Notes: generated by a model from the sequence alone, not told the origin. DNA of 64,000 nt from Vulcanimicrobiota bacterium (GCA_050250895.1 JBFWNU010000008.1:224001-288000), one strand, 5' to 3'. Positions 9,785-19,116 are shown, counted from the first letter of the stretch. Translations and numbers: made by a program.

Positions 9785-11410
9785 TCAAAGCGGACGCCAC
9801 AGCAGCAGGCGAGTCCTCTGCTGTGGCGCCAGCACGCGACTGGGAGCGAACGAGGCTCTCGGTCGTTGGTCGTTGATACTGGCCGTCACCCAGGGAAAGC
9901 CGGTGGTGGTCGTCACCGTGGTGGTGGTGGTCGTCGTGGTGTCAAAGATGTCGCCCAGAGACCCGCCCAAAATCGCCAGGACCTGGTCCCATTTGCTGCT
10001 ATCCACGGCCGGAGTGGTTGCTGGTGAGGCGATGGTGGCCGGGCTCGCGGGGGTCGTGGCCACGGCCGATTTGGCGCGCAAGGCAGGATCCAGAGACGCG
10101 AGGGTCGGCCCGGTGGTGGTGGTGGTAGTCGTGGTGACCGTCGTCGAATCCACCTCGAGAGGAATCTCGATCTCGGCCAGGTCTTCCCGCAAAATCACGT
10201 TGGTCCGGTCGAGGCGCAGGCTCTGACCTTCGCCGGCCTGGACGAGCGTGCCCAGGACCGTGAGATCGGAGGCCTCGAGACCCCCTTCAGAGTAGACCAT
10301 GCCCAGAAAGTAGGAAGCGTTTTGACCGTCGCCGTGCAAGGTCAATTTGCCCCCGGAAAGGGCAGCCATGCGATTGTCGGTGTCGAGCGCCGCCCCGCCT
10401 TCGATAGTCAGGTCGCCGGTCACCACCAGAGCCCCGGTGCCCCGCACGCCACCTGCGATGTGAAGATCCCCGTCGACAAACAGCAGCGCTCCGTCGAGTT
10501 CCAGACCGTTACGGAAACGCAATTGGTCACCGTTGGCGCTGGCCTCCCAGCGCAAAAAGCCGGCGACGGATTCGCTGTTGTAATCGTTGCCAACCAACAC
10601 CTGCAGATCGGGCATGCCGGCGGGATCATAGTCTGAAAGGGTCAGGTGAGGGATCTTGTCGGCTGAGGCGGTGGTGAGGACCTGTCCCTGGATCTCGATG
10701 GCGGGTTGGAGAGGGTCAAAGTCCAATACTCCCAGTTCGCGAACCTCGAGGTCCCCCGCGACCCGAGTGCCTGCGTCTAGATGCACCGAGCCAGGACCGG
10801 AAGAGGTCGAGATGATATGGCTTGGCGTCAGTTGTTCGGGGTCGAGCCGATCCACCCCGGCGGCCACCTGTTCTTCCAGGGGAACTCCAGCCACCAGCAG
10901 GCCCTGGCCTCCGTGGATCGGTCCGGCCGAAGCGATTCCATAGGGAAACGGCGGCATGGCCACCACGCACTCGGCTCGGGCCGGAGTGCCTCGGTAGCGA
11001 CCCTCGGCCACCAGGTGCACGGCGCGCCGGGGAACGACCTGGTCGTTGAAACCGGGAGCCGACACGTCGCTGGCCAGGTTGTTTAACGAGTAGCCCACGC
11101 CCAGGCGGCCGGCTTCATCTCGATCGAAGCAAACGTGGGCGACGGTGTCGTCGGCAGCGCCCTCAGGGCGGTACTCGACCTTGGCCCCGGCGGTGTCGCC
11201 CTGGCCAAACTGACCGTCACTGGCCAGCACCTTCTCGAGGGCCAGCGCCAGGGCTGAATCGACCAGTTCTTGCGCCTGGTCGTGCCGGCTGGCCTGCCCC
11301 GTGAGCTGCAGGTGCGAGACGCTCAGACTGCTCACCGTAAAGCCCAGCACAATCAACAACAATAGGACCAGGAGGGTGGTGCCCAGGGTCAGACCCGAGT
11401 TCTTGCGCAT
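9785..11410 (-). CDS. PilX-like pilin-signal protein with beta-helix-like region and Thr-rich insert
   Basis: KNSG-LTLGTTLL N-terminus; repeated GxLxVxGDL motifs. Confidence 0.75.
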   Translation of the reverse strand: MRKNSGLTLGTTLLVLLLLIVLGFTVSSLSVSHLQLTGQASRHDQAQELVDSALALALEKVLASDGQFGQGDTAGAKVEYRPEGAADDTVAHVCFDRDEAGRLGVGYSLNNLASDVSAPGFNDQVVPRRAVHLVAEGRYRGTPARAECVVAMPPFPYGIASAGPIHGGQGLLVAGVPLEEQVAAGVDRLDPEQLTPSHIISTSSGPGSVHLDAGTRVAGDLEVRELGVLDFDPLQPAIEIQGQVLTTASADKIPHLTLSDYDPAGMPDLQVLVGNDYNSESVAGFLRWEASANGDQLRFRNGLELDGALLFVDGDLHIAGGVRGTGALVVTGDLTIEGGAALDTDNRMAALSGGKLTLHGDGQNASYFLGMVYSEGGLEASDLTVLGTLVQAGEGQSLRLDRTNVILREDLAEIEIPLEVDSTTVTTTTTTTTGPTLASLDPALRAKSAVATTPASPATIASPATTPAVDSSKWDQVLAILGGSLGDIFDTTTTTTTTVTTTTGFPWVTASINDQRPRASFAPSRVLAPQQRTRLLLWRPL

Positions 11411-11439
11411 CCTTACATTGTAGCCTGAGTCAGGTCGAC

Positions 11440-12498
11440 TCACAATGTCTGCAGGGCCGAAACCATGGGTAGCAGGGTTCCCACCGCCACGATGCCCACG
11501 CCCACACCCAGAATCGCCAGGGCGATCGGCTCGAGCAAGGCCCCGGCCCGCTCGAACCAGTGCTCGAGATCGAGTTCGAGCAACCGATTGGTCTTGCGCA
11601 ACAGGGTGGGCAGACTGCCCGCCTGCTCTCCGATGGCCACGGCGGCGATGAAGAGCGGAGTGAAGAACACCAGTCGATCCAGCGAAGCCGCCAGCGTCTC
11701 GCCCTCACTCAGGGCTCTTTCGCAGCTGGTGATACAACTCTCGAAGACGGGATTGCCGGTAGCCTCGGCGCATGGTTTCAGGGCCGTGTTGAGGGCCACT
11801 CCCGCGCGCACCATCAGCTCGAGAGCCCAGCAAAAGCGCACGGTGGCTACCGTTCTCAGGGTCTTGCCGACGACCGGCACTTGCAGTAACTGGTCGGCGA
11901 TGGCCAGGCGTACCTCGTGGCGGCCCAGATAGCCGGGCAGCCAGTAACTGGCGCCGGCCAGGACCACCGCGCTCGCTACCAGCAGATACGGATTGCGCAG
12001 GGCCGACGACAGCAGCAAGAGGCCGCTGGCGATGGGGTTGAGATCGGCCGGGTCGAGCAAGGGACCCAGATTGGCGAACAGTAGGGGAGGGAGCACGAAG
12101 ATCAGGGCCAGGCACAAAACCATGACGAAGGCCGGATAGACCAGGGCTTTGCGGGTTCGCATCGAGAGTTGCTGACTGCGCTCCTCGTGCTCGGCCAACA
12201 TCTCGAGCACCAGCGGAAAGCTGCCGGTTCTTTCACCCACCCGTAGCAAAGCCACGTGAATGGGGCTGAAGAATTCGGTGTGCGCGGCCAGGGCGTTGCT
12301 CAGCGAGTGACCGGCCAACAACCGGGTCTCGGCGGCGCGACAGACTTCGGCCATGGTCTCGCTGTCGGACTGTTCGGCCAGCAATCCGAGCGAGAGATGC
12401 AGTGGCACGCCAGCGTGGAAGAGGGTGGCCAGACAGCGAAAGAACTGCGTTCTGGCCGCCGATGTCTGGCTGTCTAGCAAGCCTCGCAACAGTTCCAC
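11440..12498 (-). CDS. pilC: Type II secretion F / PilC family platform protein
   Basis: Two T2SSF repeats (LATLFHAGVPL..GERTG; LELMVRAGV..GEQAG..LLEP); start uncertain. Confidence 0.88.
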   Translation of the reverse strand: MELLRGLLDSQTSAARTQFFRCLATLFHAGVPLHLSLGLLAEQSDSETMAEVCRAAETRLLAGHSLSNALAAHTEFFSPIHVALLRVGERTGSFPLVLEMLAEHEERSQQLSMRTRKALVYPAFVMVLCLALIFVLPPLLFANLGPLLDPADLNPIASGLLLLSSALRNPYLLVASAVVLAGASYWLPGYLGRHEVRLAIADQLLQVPVVGKTLRTVATVRFCWALELMVRAGVALNTALKPCAEATGNPVFESCITSCERALSEGETLAASLDRLVFFTPLFIAAVAIGEQAGSLPTLLRKTNRLLELDLEHWFERAGALLEPIALAILGVGVGIVAVGTLLPMVSALQTL

Positions 12499-12601
12499 TC
12501 CGAAAGATTGTTGTACTTTCGCAAGATTCCTGTAACATCTTCCACCGCCGTCTATCCGCCCAGGCCTACAATGAAGGTAGTTCAGGAGAGGATTCGCACC
12601 G

Positions 12602-12985
12602 ATGAAGAAACGAGGAATCGCACTGGTAGTGGCCCTGATGATCGGGACCGTCCTGACGGCCGGCGCCCTGACGCTGGGGGTCATGGCCCACCGGGGTCTT
12701 GGTCAGGTCGGCCACGCCGAGCAGCAGAAGGTCGAATACTTCGCGGCACTGGCGGGACTGCATTCCGCCATGGCCCAGTTGCGCTCGCAGCCGACTTTTC
12801 CCGGCCCGATTCTGGGCACCACCAGCGGGGGGCAGAGCTATGAGGTCAGCCTGGTCAACAACCTGAGCGGTTCCGCCCCCATCACGGCCCCCGACGGCAC
12901 CGAGGTCCCGGCGGGTGGGATCTATCTGGTCTCGGTGGCCGGCTCCCAGCAACTTTCAGGTCTGGCCCTTTCGGTCGCGGAGTAG
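12602..12985 (+). CDS. Short PilX N-terminal-like protein
   Basis: KKRG-IALVVALM signal; YFAALAGL motif. Confidence 0.75.
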   Translation: MKKRGIALVVALMIGTVLTAGALTLGVMAHRGLGQVGHAEQQKVEYFAALAGLHSAMAQLRSQPTFPGPILGTTSGGQSYEVSLVNNLSGSAPITAPDGTEVPAGGIYLVSVAGSQQLSGLALSVAE

Positions 12986-12995
12986 GAGCAAAAGC

Positions 12996-13367
12996 ATGGA
13001 CGACAATCGACGCCGAGCGCCCCGAGTGCGCAACACCATCGAAGTAGACTTTTACGGTGACGACCTTCGCCCCCACAAAGCCCGCACCATCAATGTCGGG
13101 CTGCGGGGCATGCGCATGGTCTGCGCCGGACCCACCCCGGGCCGCCACCTACAGGTGGCCCTCAACCTGCCCACCGGGCGAGTCACCGGCCTGGCCGACG
13201 CCGTGTGGCAAGAAACTCTTGACGGCGACTCGACGGTGGTTGGTCTTCGCTTCGTCTCGATGCAGGGCAACGACTGTCGGCGCTGGCACGACTTCTGCGG
13301 ACGCGAAGCCCAGAAACAGGCCCGGCGGGTCTTGCCCACCAGCATCCCCCTACCGCGACCCGTTTAA
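12996..13367 (+). CDS. PilZ domain protein
   Basis: RRAPR (RxxxR) and NVGLRG (D/NxSxxG-like); VGLRF; AGGAG RBS. Confidence 0.85.
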   Translation: MDDNRRRAPRVRNTIEVDFYGDDLRPHKARTINVGLRGMRMVCAGPTPGRHLQVALNLPTGRVTGLADAVWQETLDGDSTVVGLRFVSMQGNDCRRWHDFCGREAQKQARRVLPTSIPLPRPV

Positions 13368-13420
13368 CGCTCTTGTGACGCCGGGGCGGTAAAGTTTCCT
13401 CAGTGAGATGAGCATTGGTT

Positions 13421-13693
13421 GGACCTAACGCCCCGGCGAAAGCCGGGGCTTTTTCTTTTTCTACCGAGGTTTCCGGACCTCCTCGTGCCCACTGCGAAAC
13501 ACTATAGGCCTCGCTTCTTGCCTGTTCAGGAAATGCGATCCCTCACTCGACGGCCGGCCCTGGCGGGCCGCCAAAATGGACCTTGAGCGCGAAGCTCACC
13601 AACCAAATCCTAGCGTATCCGCCGAAGTGAGAGGTCGCCTAAAGAACATACCATAGGACCTAACGCCCCGGCGAAAGCCGGGGCTTTTTCTTT
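13421..13693 (+). repeat. Two perfect 38-bp direct repeats, each containing an intrinsic terminator (13421-13458 and 13656-13693)
   Basis: GGACCTAACGCCCCGGCGAAAGCCGGGGCTTTTTCTTT occurs twice. Confidence 0.95.
13505..13693 (+). ncRNA. Candidate structured non-coding RNA
   Basis: Long-range pairings TGTTC/GAACA and GCGATCCCTCACT/AGTGAGAGGTCGC, internal hairpins, ends in a terminator. Confidence 0.45.
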
Positions 13694-13940
13694 GAATGCC
13701 AGGCCTAACGCTCGGCAACGGGGCACCGCTGCCGGAACCGCCCTATGTAGGTGGGCGGCGGGGGCACGCTGCTCGGGTGGTAGTTAACTCGCTGCCGGGG
13801 TGGTATCCCGGCTTGGGCTCGCCTACGGTGGTGCGGGGCGACTCCCGCGGCTACCCCGATGCCCGTGCGAGCCGACAGCCGCCAACAGAAAAGAGGGCGT
13901 CTTGCGACGCCCTCGGCTGAATCACTTTTGACTTCAGGCC

Positions 13941-14342
13941 TTAATCTAGGGCTTCGCGGCTGAAGTTGAAATGAACCTCGTCGTTTCCGTAGCAACGCTC
14001 CAGAGTGGCACACTCTCGCACGCGGCCTTCTTCGAAGTCGCGCACGAACAGGTAACGCTCCGCCTGACCGTTACGCTCATAGTGCCATTGCTGGACTACG
14101 GTCACACCGTTGCACTGACTGGTCTCTTGAAGTTTTAGCGCTCCGACCCGGTCGAAGAAGCGCTGGGCCGACTGGTGCTCGTGATAAGAGAGCCTGGCTG
14201 AGGCCACCGAGTTGCGGTAGCGATTCAGGGGTTGATTGTGCACGACTTTGACGCCCGGCAACACCGAGTTGGCGTTGGGCGAGGTGTGCACCGAGTAGGC
14301 CACATTCTCGAACTCTTCAATCAAGGCACCCGCATTCTTCAT
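13941..14342 (-). CDS. Hypothetical protein
   Basis: GGGAG RBS; downstream terminator GAGGGCGTC-GCAA-GACGCCCTC-TTTT on the minus strand. Confidence 0.75.
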   Translation of the reverse strand: MKNAGALIEEFENVAYSVHTSPNANSVLPGVKVVHNQPLNRYRNSVASARLSYHEHQSAQRFFDRVGALKLQETSQCNGVTVVQQWHYERNGQAERYLFVRDFEEGRVRECATLERCYGNDEVHFNFSREALD

Positions 14343-14501
14343 TGCTCACTACTCCCTTTTCCGAGTCGGTTGCTCCGACTTCATCTAACCAGAGAATAGT
14401 TCGAACGGGGTGAGAACGAGACGGAAATCATTAACGCCGCGTTGCCGTGGTGTTACAGATTTGCGCTGGATCTCGTCGCCAGCAGGCGCGGGTCATGGTG
14501 G

Positions 14502-14891
14502 TCACTTCATGGGCCGAAAGGTGGCGGGCACGGCCATCATCCAGCCCATCTCCGAGGTCTCGTCGGCGTCGGCAGCACCTCGCGACCCGAGGTAGCTCCA
14601 GTAGGTTACGCGGCCGGGCGAGTGCACTTCGGCAGTCCGGGCGTGAGGGTTGATGAAGACTCGGTAGAGGGTCGGGTCGCCATAGAGTTGATACGCCCCC
14701 TCATAGCCGTAGCGGGTCCACCACCAGCGGCCGCCCCCGGCCGAGCCATCCACCCGCAAGATGGTCATGGCGCCATTTTCCTGAAAGCGGAAGATGTTGC
14801 CGGAGGACGAGCGCCAGACGTTGGCCTGGGCGGGAGAGGCGATCACGAGGAGCGCCAGGACGGCTAGTAGCAGCAGGATGTTCTTCTTCAT
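14502..14891 (-). CDS. Secreted hypothetical protein
   Basis: MKKNILLLLAVL..AQA signal peptide. Confidence 0.8.
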   Translation of the reverse strand: MKKNILLLLAVLALLVIASPAQANVWRSSSGNIFRFQENGAMTILRVDGSAGGGRWWWTRYGYEGAYQLYGDPTLYRVFINPHARTAEVHSPGRVTYWSYLGSRGAADADETSEMGWMMAVPATFRPMK

Positions 14892-15110
14892 GGACTGACG
14901 ATACCCCGTGGGTGCGCCGACCTCCTATCGATTCTGACAAGAGGTCGTTCTAGCTCGATGGACGGGCCGCGTGACGATCGTTACGGACCTTGCGGCCCCC
15001 GGGGTGTAGACTGAACAGGCTTAAGATAGCCGACACAGAGTGACCCCTTCCGCGCGGTAGGGGTCGTTTTTTTTGGGGGAGGGGGAGAGCGGGATGGGGA
15101 AGCCGGTGGT

Positions 15111-15548
15111 ATGGGTTACGACATCAGCTTGAGGAAGTTTTCGCCTGACGGAGACGAGTTGCTCATCAGTCTCGAAGAGTGGCGCGCGGCCGTGGAACAA
15201 ACCGAGGGAGTTCGCCTTGTCGAGGGTGATTGGGAGGCCCGTCACCCGGAGAGCGGCGTCGGCTTCGAGCCCACCATCATGCGGGGCGAGGTCGTTCGTC
15301 GAGGCAGGTTCTCGTCCGGGCGCCTAACAGAGTTGGAGAGCTTGACCCGAGTAGCGCGGCTCGAACTCAGTATCGATGAGCATCCGGAGCCGAGTTTCTC
15401 AGTGCTTTCACTCCACGCTCGCGAGATGCAGGCAGTCTATTGGAATTGCCCCGCCGGCTTCCCTCCCCTGGAGACTTTGCACGAACTCTCGGGGGTATCG
15501 GGATTTTGCTGTGGTTATGCGGCTTCGCAGGAGGACGGGACTGGATGA
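15111..15548 (+). pseudogene. Probable fragmentary or chimeric ORF
   Basis: Plausible N-terminus (MGYDISLR...ISLEEWRAAVE) joined to unrelated-looking sequence; isolated. Confidence 0.35.
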
Positions 15549-16056
15549 ACCTCGACTCGCTCGCTGGGCGTTTGAGCTAACTTCAGTCGAGGGCCACTAG
15601 CCAGAGTTGGCCTGGGCTCAGACGGACTTCCAGCTGGAAGTACTCGCTCGCCACCCGGCGGCGCTCGCCTCAAGCGATCACCACTCCAGAGAACGATCCG
15701 AGGGGCCGGAGTCCTGAAGAAATAGGGCTCAAGCAATCGAGCTGCCACCCTGGCGCCCTGGCAACGACCCACCAAGCAAGCCGCCCCTCGAGGCGCCGAG
15801 GAGAGCGAAGCGGGCTTTCGCTCCTGATTCGGACCTCGGCTACAGCGGTCGCCCGAGCTGAACCTGGTGTCTCGCGCCGGTCCCCCCGGGATTTTCTGAA
15901 AAAAACCTTCCATTCGCTCACCACGCGGGCCAGGCGATAGGCTCGGGGCGTCCATAGACAGTCTTGGATCTCTGTAACAAACCGGTTGAGTTCTCACACC
16001 TCTAGCACACTTGCCATCGCTATGGTGCCCTCAGAGTTGTGTGAAGGAGTAGACGC

Positions 16057-17328
16057 ATGGCAATTTCAGCAGACAAATCGGTCAAGGCAGTTCCCGAGAG
16101 GCCCCGGGCGACTCCGCCGGTTCATCCGCCCCAGCCGGAGGGCAACAAAGAGCAGCAGGTCGCGCCGCCCGCCCCGGCCGACAAAGTGGAGCTTAGCCCC
16201 GAGGCCTTCGAGTCGGAAGAGGATTCTGGAGCCGCTTCCGCCGTCAATAACTTATCCCAGAATTTCACTCAGGGTCAGCAAGGCTACCTGGCTGAAGACA
16301 AAGACGAGAACGCCACCGTGGCCGTCTTTGACAACTTCGGACCCACGCCGTCTGGTGCCCCCGCTCACGGCGAGCTGACCGAGGGCGTTATCGCCGAAGT
16401 CGGCGGCTACGGCGAGGAAGATATCCAGCGCTATGAAGTCGGCAGTGGCGACATGAGCCAATCTTTCGAGCAGGCGGTGGCTGACGGCGATGAGGGCGCG
16501 CTGCAGACTCTGGTTGAGGACGCCACCACCGGATTGCTCGACAACACGACCGGCGCCATCCAAGAGATACTCGACGACGAGAACTCGCAAATCTCTACCA
16601 TCAGCCAATCCCAAAGCGTATCACCGGCCCAAGTTACCCAGGCACTCCTGGAGCGGGCAGTGCCTTCAGAGCCCAAGCCAGGGCAACCCGGGCGCGAACC
16701 CGACCTCGAATTTCGCTCGACCCTGGCCCAGTCGCTTGGCCTGCCCGAGGACATCAGCGACCAGAAACTCAGCCAGGCGCTGGCCGATGAGGTCGACAAC
16801 ATTTTCGAGAATTCGGACGCCATCGCCGATTCGAAACAGCGCTATGACGAGGTCTCTGGGCAAGCGGCCGAGGCCGGCATCAGCCATGTGCTGTCCTCAG
16901 GCAATCGGGGCAGCTTTGCGGACACCCTGGAGAGCCGCGGCGTCGAGACCAATGATGGCTTCTATACCAGCGTTCTGGCTAACGACAACACCACCGTGGT
17001 CGGAGCCACCGACGACCACGGCACCCCCACTCTGGCAGACGATACCGGCTTTGAAGGCAATTCTCCCGGGGCCGGGGCGGAAGTCTCGGCTCCCGGAACC
17101 AACCGTGAGATGACTACCCTGGACGGCCGAACCCACAGCTCCAGCGGCACCTCCTATTCGGCGCCCGAGGTGGCGGCTATTACCGCCCAACTTCAGGCTG
17201 CCCACCCCGAACTCACCCCTCAGCAGATCGAAGACCTGCTGGTGGCCACCGCCGCCCCGGTGAATGCCCCCGCCGAAGATGTCGGCGCAGGCGCGGTGCA
17301 AAGAGACGAGGCCATGGTGGCCGCTTGA
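16057..17328 (+). CDS. S8 (subtilisin-like) serine peptidase without signal peptide
   Basis: Triad VAVFD / AHG / SGTSYSAP, oxyanion SSGN, HPELTPQQI; AAGGAG RBS. Confidence 0.88.
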   Translation: MAISADKSVKAVPERPRATPPVHPPQPEGNKEQQVAPPAPADKVELSPEAFESEEDSGAASAVNNLSQNFTQGQQGYLAEDKDENATVAVFDNFGPTPSGAPAHGELTEGVIAEVGGYGEEDIQRYEVGSGDMSQSFEQAVADGDEGALQTLVEDATTGLLDNTTGAIQEILDDENSQISTISQSQSVSPAQVTQALLERAVPSEPKPGQPGREPDLEFRSTLAQSLGLPEDISDQKLSQALADEVDNIFENSDAIADSKQRYDEVSGQAAEAGISHVLSSGNRGSFADTLESRGVETNDGFYTSVLANDNTTVVGATDDHGTPTLADDTGFEGNSPGAGAEVSAPGTNREMTTLDGRTHSSSGTSYSAPEVAAITAQLQAAHPELTPQQIEDLLVATAAPVNAPAEDVGAGAVQRDEAMVAA

Positions 17329-17344
17329 ACTCGCTCGTTTACTG

Positions 17345-17466
17345 TTGCTCTCCACGGGCGGAATCGAACCAAATCCTTTCATTACAGGCATTCCCGTGTG
17401 TCTTCGTAGCATTCGAATCGCTTAGAATCAAGTTGAATCGCCCTACTGATCCCTCATTGGTCCCCC
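17345..17466. repeat. Degenerate second att site (tRNA-Arg 3' fragment plus arm-like site)
   Basis: TTGCTCTCCACGGGCGGAATCGAACC matches the tRNA 3' end at 25/26; TGATCCCTCATTGGTCCCCC matches the element arm repeat at 16/20. Confidence 0.75.
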
Positions 17467-17558
17467 GTATGGTTGCCCGCCCGCTGGGGGGTAGGACAGA
17501 TCCTGACAGCGGAGCTTGGTAGACTCTCTCCGAAGAACACACCTTTTGGGAGGTCTAC

Positions 17559-18278
17559 ATGCGAAAACTGCTCTGCTTCATCGCCCTGCTGTTCGTGGCT
17601 ACCGCGGCTGCCGACGAATGGCGACCCGCCGACAAGTTCACCTGGCCCACCGCGACGGCCAGGATCGTCCTGCGAGGCCGAGACATCACCTGTGTTTGGC
17701 GGAACGGCCGGCCTTTTGCTCGGCGTGAGGAGATCGCCGGCGCCCTGAAGCTGCCAGCCGAGGGCGCGCCTTACGTCGACCTGGTGGCCATCACCACCCA
17801 GCTGGGTTATCGAGTGCGCCACCTCGACGGGGGCGGAGTGGAGGTCTCAGCCCCGGTGGCCGGCCCGGCGGCGGTCAACTCGAGCGAGGCCCGGGCCAGG
17901 AACGAGCAGTTCCTTCAGGACGAAGCAGCCCGTCAGAAGGCCCTGAGGGAGTATTTGGCCACCCTACCCGTCCTCGAGGCCAGCGCTGCCAAATTTGTGG
18001 CCGAGACAGGCTTTGTGCGCGCCTACGTGCGCATCACCAACGTTGGGGCCGGCACCAGCCCGGCCACGGCCGCCCGGGCACTCTTCACCGACTATATGGA
18101 GAAGCCGTTCGCCCAGGACGACAAGGCCGTGCCACCGCTGGCCCCGGGTCAGTCGGTCGACCTCGAGTTCTTCTCGATGGTGCGCGATGACCAGATGACC
18201 GCCGGTGGAGTTATCCGCGGGGCGGGCAGCGACCGGGTTCGGGTGATCATCGCGCAACCCTGGCTGCCGTCGAAGTAG
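17559..18278 (+). CDS. Secreted protein with C-terminal CARDB/Ig-like domain
   Basis: Signal peptide; VRITNVG...PLAPGQSV; GGAGG RBS. Confidence 0.8.
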   Translation: MRKLLCFIALLFVATAAADEWRPADKFTWPTATARIVLRGRDITCVWRNGRPFARREEIAGALKLPAEGAPYVDLVAITTQLGYRVRHLDGGGVEVSAPVAGPAAVNSSEARARNEQFLQDEAARQKALREYLATLPVLEASAAKFVAETGFVRAYVRITNVGAGTSPATAARALFTDYMEKPFAQDDKAVPPLAPGQSVDLEFFSMVRDDQMTAGGVIRGAGSDRVRVIIAQPWLPSK

Positions 18279-18402
18279 GGGTGACCCCTCGATGTTTCGA
18301 TGCTGCGAGGAGGCCATCCTCACGGGCTGCAGGATACCTCGGTGGGTGAGCTCAATCAAGAGGGCGACTGCCGGCTAAAGAAACGGTTTCGGCCACCCGC
18401 GA

Positions 18403-18428
18403 AAAAAGCCCGTCACAGCGGGCTTTTT
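18403..18428. terminator. Bidirectional intrinsic terminator just outside the left att
   Basis: AAAAAGCCCG-TCACAG-CGGGCTTTTT. Confidence 0.8.
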
Positions 18429-18430
18429 CA

Positions 18431-18478
18431 TTGGTCTCCACGGGCGGAATCGAACCGTCGACCTACTGCTTAGGAGGC
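18431..18478 (-). repeat. att core (duplicated 3' part of tRNA-Arg)
   Basis: TTGGTCTCCACGGGCGGAATCGAACCGTCGACCTACTGCTTAGGAGGC is identical to 36213-36260. Confidence 0.97.
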
Positions 18479-18594
18479 TAATTTTTACCGTTTCGTCCTG
18501 TCTGGTCACGTTCTTGCAAACCCCGTCGTTTCTAGCTTTCTCGAGTCTTGTCGTGTCGTCTTGAGTCGTCCTGTTTCGTCGTTTTTCGTCCTGT

Positions 18595-18614
18595 TGATCC
18601 CCCGCTGATCCCCC
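18595..18614. repeat. Integrase arm-type site candidate (second copy at 36145-36164)
   Basis: TGATCCCCCGCTGATCCCCC is identical at both inner ends; preceded by 10-bp-phased TCGTC repeats. Confidence 0.8.
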
Positions 18615-18664
18615 GATGGCCTCGGAACCGTGACTTCGCCACCGCTTTCGCCTATGCTATCGAG

Positions 18665-19072
18665 GTGTTCGTCGACGGAAGTCTCGCCTACGTGGATATG
18701 AACTCGGGTCTGGACGGGTGGCGCGCCCTAGCGGCGGCCGTAGTGGTTCAGGCTGTGCATGACCTCGACCTCGCGAAACGGAACCTGTTCGAGGGCAGGA
18801 GGTGGCCGTTCAGACCTTTGAGGCCCGGCCCGTTCGAGGCGGCCAGGGCCGAAGCCGAGCTGCTCGAGTTTGCCATCGAGACGGCCGACTGGTTCACTAG
18901 CCGGGATAGCAGCTTCGAACTGCTGGCGGCCCAGCTCGGGCCAGGGCCTGGCCAGGTGCGCGACCAAATGAAGCTCACTTGTGAGGAAGTCGCCACCGAG
19001 GCCAGGCGCCGGTTGCAGTCCAACCTGGCCGCGATACTCGACACCGTCCAGAGACGCTACAAGACTCGATAG
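18665..19072 (+). CDS. Phage-type hypothetical protein
   Basis: RALAAAVVVQAVHD...DWFTS motif resembles small helical phage proteins; start uncertain. Confidence 0.65.
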   Translation: MFVDGSLAYVDMNSGLDGWRALAAAVVVQAVHDLDLAKRNLFEGRRWPFRPLRPGPFEAARAEAELLEFAIETADWFTSRDSSFELLAAQLGPGPGQVRDQMKLTCEEVATEARRRLQSNLAAILDTVQRRYKTR

Positions 19073-19116
19073 ACGCCGCTGGGGATTGACCCACTACACT
19101 TCAGATCTGCCGCCAG

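Noticed and set aside
13421-13790. RCCTAAC motifs as integron attC sites
   Set aside because: No matching GTTRRRY ends, no cassette ORFs between them and no integron integrase
13505-13885. Retron msr-msd, SRP RNA, RNase P RNA or tmRNA
   Set aside because: No reverse transcriptase in the window and the diagnostic motifs of these RNAs are absent
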